DNA from: an archaeon
GTDB lineage: Archaea > Iainarchaeota > Iainarchaeia > Iainarchaeales > CSSED10-239
Length of the DNA: 32,000 nucleotides
Assembly: GCA_035390665.1 (NCBI GenBank)
Contig: DAOOUC010000003.1
Location: 1-32,000, forward strand
Reading direction: 5' to 3'
Each line of letters opens with the position of its first letter. Within the stretch, counting starts at the first letter, position 1. Positions 1 through 7,687 of this stretch are shown piece after piece. The notes beneath the pieces were generated by a model, which was given only the letters and a program-made list of their open reading frames with translations, was not told the origin of the DNA and searched no databases. The translations under genes were made by a program, and so were the position numbers.

Positions 1-1022
1 TGATCTTTTTTTTCAAAGTTTCTAAAAAATAACCATTTAGTTATTAATATTCTTAATATAATGATTAAAGCAACAAGAGCAAAAGTAATTAATATAATAT
101 CTAAATTAATTACTTTAAAGTCAATAATTACACCTAAATATATAAAGAAAAAAGTTTTTATAACAAGTGAGATTTCTGTCTGGAAATGATGTATTGTTTT
201 GTCTAAGGTGAAATCTTTCATTTTGAATGTTTTAAATAAATCAGAAGCATTACCTAAAACTAGGCCAAAAACTAAAACCCCAAAAGCCCCATTGCCTCCA
301 AGATACTCAGTCACAGCATATAATAAAAATAAAAAAGATAATGTTAAGAAATAACTAAAATCTTTAACTGCTTCAGAATCTCTTAAAATCCTAGACCAAA
401 TTATTCCTCCAATAAGCCCAATTACTGCGGCTATTGCAAATGCAGAAAATATTCCTTGAACAATTAATTTTGTATTTGCTGCTTGAGAAACAATTATTCC
501 AACAATAGTTACCGTAGCAACAACACAAAAAACATCTGTCATTGCGGATTCTAAAGTCATTATTGTTTTTGTTTTATCTGTTGCACTTGATTTTGTGACT
601 AATGGTATGACTATTTCTGAACTTGTTCCACCAATTATTACTCCTAATAATAATCCATATATCCATTCAAATCCAAAAATATAATGTAATAATACTCCTG
701 AAAGAATAGAGGTTAATACAAATACCAACAAAGTATAGAAAAATGCATTTTTAATTTCTGTAATAACTTTATAAAAATTAAGATATAATCCACCATCAAA
801 AATTAAAACAATTAAAGCAATTGCTGCAAAAATCGGAGTATATGTTCTTAATTGAGTTATTGCTGTTTGTGGGATAATGTGAAATATAGGGCCCAACAAT
901 AAACCAATTAAAATCAGTATAAAAATATCGGAAATTTTTGTTTTTTTAAAAAATAAGTTTCCTAGAAATCCTAATAAAAATATTCCTGCAATAAAAACCA
1001 AAAATAAAAGTGGATTAATCAT
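1..1022 (-). CDS. Cation:proton antiporter (Na+/H+ antiporter-like, CPA family), C-terminus truncated by window edge
   Basis: Not in the ORF track because it has no stop inside the window. Manual translation from 1022 gives MINPLLFLVFIAGIFLLGFLGNLFFKKTKISDIFILILIGLLLGPIFHIIPQ..., then FAAIALIVLIFDGGLYLNF..., GVIIGGTSSEIVIPLV. These are a multi-TM protein with antiporter-like motifs, and the frame stays open to base 1. Confidence 0.85.
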   Translation of the reverse strand, partial: MINPLLFLVFIAGIFLLGFLGNLFFKKTKISDIFILILIGLLLGPIFHIIPQTAITQLRTYTPIFAAIALIVLIFDGGLYLNFYKVITEIKNAFFYTLLVFVLTSILSGVLLHYIFGFEWIYGLLLGVIIGGTSSEIVIPLVTKSSATDKTKTIMTLESAMTDVFCVVATVTIVGIIVSQAANTKLIVQGIFSAFAIAAVIGLIGGIIWSRILRDSEAVKDFSYFLTLSFLFLLYAVTEYLGGNGAFGVLVFGLVLGNASDLFKTFKMKDFTLDKTIHHFQTEISLVIKTFFFIYLGVIIDFKVINLDIILITFALVALIIILRILITKWLFFRNFEKKD

Positions 1023-1124
1023 GATTATCATTTCCTTAATTTCTAAAATATATATTATTAAATTAATTTATAAATTTAACTAAAATATATATTTATAACA
1101 TATATAAAAAATTCGAGGTAAAAT

Positions 1125-1817
1125 ATGAGAAAAATAGACAAGAAAAATAATTTTAATAAAAAAACAATTGCTCAAATAACTGCTTTAGTTAATGAAATGG
1201 CAAATAAAAAGAAGGGCTCTTTTTTTATAATAACTAAACAAGATATTTCAAGCAAATATGAAAGATTATATCCTGATCTTTTTTCACATAAAAAAATAAA
1301 TATTAAAGATAAAGAAACCCAAACTCTTTTGATTGCTCTTGCTGAACTTGATGGTGCAATTGTTGTTGATGATTCTGGTTATGTTATAGATTATGGCGTT
1401 AAGATTAAAAGAACAAAAATACTTTTAGGACACGGCACAAGACATTCTGCTGCAAGAGGTATTTCTCAAACAAAGAACGTTTTACCAATTATTTCTTCTG
1501 AAGAAGATGGAAGAGTAAGAATTTTTAGAGAAGGAGAGATGGTTGCAGAGATTAATCCAAGGACAGGAAAAGACAAACAATTTTTTGAAAAGATTGGAGA
1601 ATTATTTTCTAGGCCTGATCTTCAAGTTGCTACTGCTGGTGGCGTGGCATCATTATTATTAAGAGTAAATCCTTTTATGGCTGGAGCAGTCTTTACAGGT
1701 AGCTGGATAATTACAAAATATGGACTTGTAAGTATGAAAGAATTCTTAGCAACAGGAAGACTTGTTGTTAAAAAGAAAACAAAAGAAATAAAGAAAAAAA
1801 ATGCTAAAAGAAAGTAA
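1125..1817 (+). CDS. DisA_N-domain protein, putative diadenylate cyclase, with a hydrophobic segment and Lys-rich tail
   Basis: Contains DGA (AELDGAIVVDDSGYVIDYGVKI) and GTRHSAARGISQTKNVLPIISSEEDGRVRIFREGEM, the paired DGA / GTRHRAA motifs of DAC domains. Confidence 0.8.
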   Translation: MRKIDKKNNFNKKTIAQITALVNEMANKKKGSFFIITKQDISSKYERLYPDLFSHKKINIKDKETQTLLIALAELDGAIVVDDSGYVIDYGVKIKRTKILLGHGTRHSAARGISQTKNVLPIISSEEDGRVRIFREGEMVAEINPRTGKDKQFFEKIGELFSRPDLQVATAGGVASLLLRVNPFMAGAVFTGSWIITKYGLVSMKEFLATGRLVVKKKTKEIKKKNAKRK

Positions 1818-2247
1818 CTATAGTGAAACTAAAGAAATTTCAAGTGGAATAGTTAATTCAATTATAAGAGTTATTAAAAAAACAATTATCTTTGGAATAA
1901 TTATTCCCTTTGTTATCTATATCTTTATAAGATTTCTAGAAATAGCTTTTGGATATTCTTGGCAACAACAATTAACCTTTCAATATATTGCTTATATTTA
2001 TGTTGTTGGCTATGTTGCTTTTCTTGTATATATGTCAGTAAAAAGTCAGATTCACTCTACTCTTTATTATTCTATTGGATGGTTGCTTGGATTATTATTA
2101 CTCTATAGATTCGGGATATTTCAATGGGAACAATTTAAAGACCTTTTAATTGCCCCGATTATTTTTGTTATATTAAAGATTGCTTATCTTTTTTTTAGAA
2201 AACCAAGAAAATTAGAACAAAGAAAAACCAAAACCTCTAGAGTGTAA
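1801..2247 (+). CDS. Small multi-TM membrane protein, hypothetical
   Basis: About four hydrophobic segments. The start overlaps the 3' end of the DisA_N gene by 17 nt, suggesting translational coupling. Confidence 0.6.
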   Translation: MLKESNYSETKEISSGIVNSIIRVIKKTIIFGIIIPFVIYIFIRFLEIAFGYSWQQQLTFQYIAYIYVVGYVAFLVYMSVKSQIHSTLYYSIGWLLGLLLLYRFGIFQWEQFKDLLIAPIIFVILKIAYLFFRKPRKLEQRKTKTSRV

Positions 2248-4227
2248 TCTTATATATCTCTTTAATCTGTTTTGGCTAATTCCTGAATCTTCTAAATCTT
2301 TATAAGTATATCCTGCTTTAACTAATTGATCTAAACTATACCCTGCTTTGTATAATTCTTTTGCTGGAAAACCAATTGTTTTAAGTTCTTTAGCAGAATA
2401 TCTTATTATTCTTAATTGTCTTGCAGAACAACCTATTTTCCAAACATCTTTTGCTGGAAATCCTGCATAAGATAATTCTCTTGCTGAAAATCCAACAGCA
2501 TAAAGTTCGGATGCTAAAAAACCTGCATCTCTTAATGATGCTGCATCAAATCTTGCTGATTTTAATTCTTGTGCAGAGTATGCTTTTTTAAGATCATAAG
2601 CACTATATCCTGCTGCTCTCATTTCTTTAGCAGTGTACCCTGCATTTTTAAGATCTGTAACATCAATATCAAGATCATTAAGTTCCTTAGCAGTATATCC
2701 TGCATCTCTTATTGTCTTAAGATCAAAACCTGCAAAATATAATTCTCTTGCAGAAAAACCAAGATTGTGAAATTGTCTTGCAGAATAACCTATACCTAAT
2801 AATTCTTTAGCATTGAAATCTGCTTCTCTTAAATCATATAAACTATAACCTGCTAAATGAATCTCTACTGCTGAAAATCCTGCTTCTTTTAATTCTTTAA
2901 CAGTATATCCTTTTGATATAAATTCAGGTAAGCCACAACCAATAAGTCTTACTTCATGTAATGGACAACCAGCATTCATTAATTGAACACAAGAAAGTCC
3001 AGCATTAGATAATTCTCTTGTTGTATAGCCAGCAAAATAAAGCTCTTGTGGAGAATACCCAAAATTAAGAAGCTCTCTTGCAGAATAATTAAGATATCTT
3101 AATTCTTCTAAATTAAATTCTTTTTTCTTTTCTTCTAAGGTTAAAATATCCATTAAATCAAAGATTTCTTTAAGCTTATATCCTGCTTCTTTTATTTCTT
3201 TAATTGAATATCCTGCTTTATACATGTCTCTTGCAGAAATTCCTGCGTCTCTAAATTGAGTTGCAGTAACTCCAACTGCTGATAATTCTTTAATTCTAAA
3301 TCCTTCTTTTAAAAGATCTGCAATTGTTATTCCTTCTTCTAAAAGTTGTTTAATGTCTATTTTTTCTTTATCTATTAAATCAACTAAAGTATATCCTATT
3401 TCACAAAGTTCTTTAATTGTGAATGCTTTTTTTAAATCTTCTAAAGTATATCCTGCATCAATTAATTCCTTTGGTGTATATCCTGCAATCTTTAATTTCT
3501 TTACAGGAAATTCAAGAGAATGTAATTCCTTTGCATCATATTTAGCATAAGCAACAACGTCTTCACTAAATTTTACTTTTAATAAATCTCTTGCTGAATA
3601 TCCCAGATCTTTTAATTCTTTTGCTGAATATCCTGCTAATTTTAATTCCTTTAATGAAAATTTTGCATTATGTAAATCTAAAGCACTAAAGCCTAATGTA
3701 AAAAGATATTTTGCTCCGAATTTCATTCTTTTAAGTCTTGTAGCATTGTATTTTCTTTGTTTTAGCTTTGTAGAATTATATCCTAATAATAACATTTTTT
3801 TTGATGGTGTTTTTTTTTTTAATAATTGCGGTAAACTTATTTGTTTTATTTTTTTCTTAACTGATTTTTTTGCTTTTTTCTTAGCTACTTTTTTTATATT
3901 TTTCTTTGACTTTGCTGGTTTTTTCTTTGGTTTTTGTTTTTCTGTTTTTTTCTGTAAAGGGTTTATTGTGTATCCTAGTTCTTTAATTTCTGTGTCTGTA
4001 AATCCAGAGTCTAATAGGTCCTTTAATGTATATTTTAATCCAAGATAAATTGTTTTATTTGCATTAACTTTCTTTAAGTCTTTTGAATAACTTTTGTAAT
4101 CTATTTTTCTTTTCCTTAACAAACTTAAATCCACAGGAGAAATTATAAATCTCTTTGGAGAATTAAGTTGTTTGTTTAATAATTCAATTACTTCTTTTTT
4201 TTTAAGTGTTTGAGTTATCTTTTTCAT
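2212..4227 (-). CDS. Decapeptide tandem-repeat protein (consensus roughly xxAG[YF][ST]AKEL), about 50 units plus Lys-rich linker
   Basis: Continuous 10-aa periodicity in the translation (AGYSAKELKDLGYSARDLLKVKFS..., YFAGFDLKTIRDAGYTAKEL...). A KKKPAKSKKNIKKVAKKKAKKSVKKK linker separates an N-terminal segment from the main array. Confidence 0.9.
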   Translation of the reverse strand: MKKITQTLKKKEVIELLNKQLNSPKRFIISPVDLSLLRKRKIDYKSYSKDLKKVNANKTIYLGLKYTLKDLLDSGFTDTEIKELGYTINPLQKKTEKQKPKKKPAKSKKNIKKVAKKKAKKSVKKKIKQISLPQLLKKKTPSKKMLLLGYNSTKLKQRKYNATRLKRMKFGAKYLFTLGFSALDLHNAKFSLKELKLAGYSAKELKDLGYSARDLLKVKFSEDVVAYAKYDAKELHSLEFPVKKLKIAGYTPKELIDAGYTLEDLKKAFTIKELCEIGYTLVDLIDKEKIDIKQLLEEGITIADLLKEGFRIKELSAVGVTATQFRDAGISARDMYKAGYSIKEIKEAGYKLKEIFDLMDILTLEEKKKEFNLEELRYLNYSARELLNFGYSPQELYFAGYTTRELSNAGLSCVQLMNAGCPLHEVRLIGCGLPEFISKGYTVKELKEAGFSAVEIHLAGYSLYDLREADFNAKELLGIGYSARQFHNLGFSARELYFAGFDLKTIRDAGYTAKELNDLDIDVTDLKNAGYTAKEMRAAGYSAYDLKKAYSAQELKSARFDAASLRDAGFLASELYAVGFSARELSYAGFPAKDVWKIGCSARQLRIIRYSAKELKTIGFPAKELYKAGYSLDQLVKAGYTYKDLEDSGISQNRLKRYIRLHSRGFGFSLF

Positions 4228-4383
4228 ATGTTTTTCACATTTTAATTATAATTAACTAAATCCGGTTATTTATTATATATATTATATAAGAAAAGCTTTA
4301 TAAAGCAAAGGTTTATATATAAAATTTAATATATATTATATATTAGCACAAATTCTTATAAAAAAAATAAGGGGGAAATATCT

Positions 4384-4746
4384 ATGGCTAAAAAAAATAG
4401 CGAAAAATTAAAGAAATTCGGAGCAATTGCTTTCATAGTAGGTGTAGTAATTGCTTTAATTGCAGGACTTTTGTCTCAAATGATTGGTGAAGTAGTTACA
4501 ACATCTATCTTAGTACTACTTGGATTAATTGTTGGTTTCTTAAATGTAACAGACACAGAAGTAAAGGATTACTTACTTGCATCAGTTGCTCTTGTAATTG
4601 TAACTGCTCTTGGTAGTGCAGTACTTGGAGGAATAATGTATATTGGTCCTTACTTAGGAAGTGTTTTACAAGCAATAATGACTTTTGTCATACCAGCTAC
4701 AATAATTGTTGCTTTAAAAGAAATCTATGGTTTAGCTAAAAACTAA
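4384..4746 (+). CDS. Small conserved-looking membrane protein, hypothetical
   Basis: Purine-rich RBS (aagggggaaatatctATG), upstream AT-rich promoter region, several hydrophobic helices with many Ala/Gly/Val. Confidence 0.7.
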   Translation: MAKKNSEKLKKFGAIAFIVGVVIALIAGLLSQMIGEVVTTSILVLLGLIVGFLNVTDTEVKDYLLASVALVIVTALGSAVLGGIMYIGPYLGSVLQAIMTFVIPATIIVALKEIYGLAKN

Positions 4747-4768
4747 ATCTTTTCTTTTTCTTTTTTTC

Positions 4769-5782
4769 TTATTTTATATAAATAGTTGATGCTTTTTTTA
4801 ATCTATTCATTATGGCTTTACCTAATTGATCTTCTTCAATTCCTTGAGCAATAATTATGTCTGTTTTGTTCTTATCGAAATCTCTAAAATAAGAAAATAG
4901 TTTTTGGGCATAAATCTTAGAATCAGAATTAAGATATTTTACATTTTTTTCTTTTAAATCAAAACTATAAGAAAGTATACCTATTTTTTTCTTTGGATTT
5001 TTCTGTTTAATTAATTCAATTTCTCTTAAGAAATTTCTGTTATAATCAATTAAGATTACTTTTGCTTTTGGAGAATAATGAGTATATTTCATTCCTGGTG
5101 CTTTTGGTTTATCTTTATTTTTAGAATTTAAATTAGAAAATTTAACTTCTCCAATTACTTCTTCAATATCTTCTTTAGTAATATATCCTGGTCTTAATAT
5201 TGTTGGAACAATAGAAGTAAAATCAATAACTGTTGATTCTATTCCAATTTTACAATTCCCTCCATCTATTATATATTCTATTTTTCCAGAAAGATCATCA
5301 ACAACATGTTTTGCTTTTGTTGGGCTAGGTTTTCCTGAAAGATTAGCACTAGGAGCAACAATTGGAACTTTTGATTGTTTTATTAATTCTAAAGCAATCT
5401 TATTGTTTGGCATTCTTATTGCTATACTGTCAAGTCCAGCAGTAACAACATCAGGAACAATTTTTTTCTTTTTAAGAACTATCGTTAAAGGCCCAGGCCA
5501 AAACTTTTTTGTTAATTTTTTAGCAGATTCAGGGAAATCTTTTGCAAGTTTCTTTACTTGTAAAGAATCAGAAATATGTGCAATTAATGGATTATCTTGT
5601 GGTCTACCTTTTACTTTAAATATTTCTGAAACTGCCAAAGGATTAAAGGCATTAGCTCCAAGACCATAAACCGTTTCTGTAGGAAAAGAAACAAGTTTAC
5701 CGTTTCTTATTGCTTTTGCAATTAATTTTATTTTTTCAGATTCTGGAGTTTTCGGGTTTATCTTAATAATGGTTGTTTGCAT
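4769..5782 (-). CDS. L-threonylcarbamoyladenylate synthase (Sua5/YrdC/YwlC family, with C-terminal Sua5 domain)
   Basis: KAIRNGKLVSFPTETVYGLGANAF, KVKGRPQDNPLIAHI, FWPGPLTIVL, PSANLSGKPSPTKAKHV, IIDGG, STVIDF, RPGYITKEDI, PKAPGMKYTHYSP. Confidence 0.95.
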   Translation of the reverse strand: MQTTIIKINPKTPESEKIKLIAKAIRNGKLVSFPTETVYGLGANAFNPLAVSEIFKVKGRPQDNPLIAHISDSLQVKKLAKDFPESAKKLTKKFWPGPLTIVLKKKKIVPDVVTAGLDSIAIRMPNNKIALELIKQSKVPIVAPSANLSGKPSPTKAKHVVDDLSGKIEYIIDGGNCKIGIESTVIDFTSIVPTILRPGYITKEDIEEVIGEVKFSNLNSKNKDKPKAPGMKYTHYSPKAKVILIDYNRNFLREIELIKQKNPKKKIGILSYSFDLKEKNVKYLNSDSKIYAQKLFSYFRDFDKNKTDIIIAQGIEEDQLGKAIMNRLKKASTIYIK

Positions 5783-5812
5783 AGTTTGTCATATTTTGTC
5801 CAACAATTAGTA

Positions 5813-7642
5813 TTATTCAACTGTTACAGATTTTGCTAAGTTTCTTGGTTGATCAATTGCACAATCTCTTAAGTCTGCAATATAATATGCTAACAATTGC
5901 ATAGGAATTACATTAACAAAAGGAGTTAGATTAACACAAACATCTGGTACATAGATTACATGATCACAAATCTTAGATATTTCCGTATCTCCAACTGTTG
6001 CAATTGCAATAATTTTTGCGCCTCTTGCTTTTGCTTCGTGAATATTTGATAAAACCTTATCATAGTTAAGGTCTTGGTTTGCAATAACAACAACTGGAAC
6101 TTCTTTATCAACTAAAGCAATTGGTCCATGTTTCATCTCTGCTGCAGGATATCCTTCTGCATGGATATAAGATATTTCTTTAAGTTTTAGTGCTCCTTCT
6201 AGAGCTATAGGGTAATTTATGCCTCGTCCAAGATATAATGCGTCTTTTGAAGTGTAATATTTTTTGGCAATATTCTTTATTTCTTCTTCTGTTTTAAACA
6301 TTTCTTTAATTACGCCTGGAAGTTCTAAAAGATTATTTATTAGTTTTTTGGAATCGTTATCGTCCATAGTTCCAAGTATTCTTCCAAGATAAAGTGTTAA
6401 AAGATTTAAACAAACTAATTGGCTAGTAAATGCTTTAGTTGAAGCAACGCCAATTTCTGGTCCTGCTCTAATATAAATTCCACCATCACATTCTCTTGCT
6501 ATTGTTGAACCAACAACATTAACAATACCAATTACTTTTCCACCTTTTCCTTTAGCTTCTCTAACTGCAGCTAAGGTGTCTGCTGTTTCTCCTGATTGAC
6601 TTATTGCTATTATTAAAGTATTATTATCAATAATTGGATCTCTATATCTAAATTCAGAAGCATAATCTACTTCTACTGGAACTCTTAAGAAACGTTCCAT
6701 AGAAAATTTAGCAACTAAACCACAATGCCAAGAGGTTCCACAAGCAACAATAATTATTCTTTTTATTTTTTTTATATTTTCTGCAGAAAGATTAATGCCC
6801 CCTAGTTTTGCTGTATTATTTTCAAAATCAATTCTTCCTAATATTGCTTGTTTAATAGTTTCTGGTTGTTCATGTATTTCTTTTAACATAAAATGTTTAT
6901 ATCCTTGTTTTTCTATCTGTTCTAAATTCATAGAAACTTCTATTATTTCTTTATCAAGACTTATATTATCTAAAGAAGTTATTTCACAACCTCCATTAAT
7001 AGAAGCCATTTCATTATCGTCTAAGTAAATTACTTTTTTTGTATGTTCAATAATTGCTGAAATATCGCTTGCTACAAAATATTCTTCCTTTCCAATCCCA
7101 ATAACTATTGGAGAGCCACGTCTAGCAACTATTAATTCTTTTCCTGATTTATGCATAACAACTAGACCAAAGGTTCCAACAACTTCTCTTAAAGCTTTTT
7201 GTACTGCTTTTTTTAAATCTCCTTGATAAAATTTTTCAATCAAATGTGTTAAAACTTCAGTATCTGTTTGAGATTTAAAAATATGTCCTTCTTTTTCTAA
7301 AAGTTTCTTTAAAGATTCAAAGTTTTCTATAATTCCATTATGAACTAATGCTATTTCTTCCTTACAATCTGTGTGTGGATGGGCATTAATTGTGGTGGGT
7401 TCTCCGTGTGTTGCCCATCTTGTATGTGCTATCCCTATGTTTGCTTTAAGGTCTGGGTATTTCTTTATTTCTGATTCTAAATTACCTGTTACTTTGCCTT
7501 TAGTCTTAATTATCTTTAACTCTCCAGAATCAATAACCGCTATACCACAAGAATCATAGCCTCTATATTCTAATCTTTTAAGACCATTTACCAAAATAGA
7601 AATACAATCTCTTTTTCCAAAATAAGCATTAATTCCACACAT
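5813..7642 (-). CDS. glmS: Glutamine--fructose-6-phosphate aminotransferase (isomerizing)
   Basis: N-terminal MCGI Ntn glutaminase, GYDSCGIAV, HTRWATHGEPT; SIS domains with CGTSWHCGLV, ISQSGETADTLAA, E(I)SYIHAEGYPAAEMKHGPIALV; C-terminal AKSVTVE. Confidence 0.97.
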   Translation of the reverse strand: MCGINAYFGKRDCISILVNGLKRLEYRGYDSCGIAVIDSGELKIIKTKGKVTGNLESEIKKYPDLKANIGIAHTRWATHGEPTTINAHPHTDCKEEIALVHNGIIENFESLKKLLEKEGHIFKSQTDTEVLTHLIEKFYQGDLKKAVQKALREVVGTFGLVVMHKSGKELIVARRGSPIVIGIGKEEYFVASDISAIIEHTKKVIYLDDNEMASINGGCEITSLDNISLDKEIIEVSMNLEQIEKQGYKHFMLKEIHEQPETIKQAILGRIDFENNTAKLGGINLSAENIKKIKRIIIVACGTSWHCGLVAKFSMERFLRVPVEVDYASEFRYRDPIIDNNTLIIAISQSGETADTLAAVREAKGKGGKVIGIVNVVGSTIARECDGGIYIRAGPEIGVASTKAFTSQLVCLNLLTLYLGRILGTMDDNDSKKLINNLLELPGVIKEMFKTEEEIKNIAKKYYTSKDALYLGRGINYPIALEGALKLKEISYIHAEGYPAAEMKHGPIALVDKEVPVVVIANQDLNYDKVLSNIHEAKARGAKIIAIATVGDTEISKICDHVIYVPDVCVNLTPFVNVIPMQLLAYYIADLRDCAIDQPRNLAKSVTVE

Positions 7643-7687
7643 AACTAATAATTAGTATAAAAAAATTTAAAAATAGGAAAGAAAAAA

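Noticed and set aside
3353-4048. Plus-strand ORFs 3353-3550 and 3746-4048
   Set aside because: They are antisense to the decapeptide-repeat gene; composition follows from its repetitive codons.
5403-7559. Plus-strand ORFs inside Sua5 and glmS (5403-5669, 6795-7028, 7371-7559)
   Set aside because: Fully antisense to highly conserved enzymes; no independent domain or RBS support.
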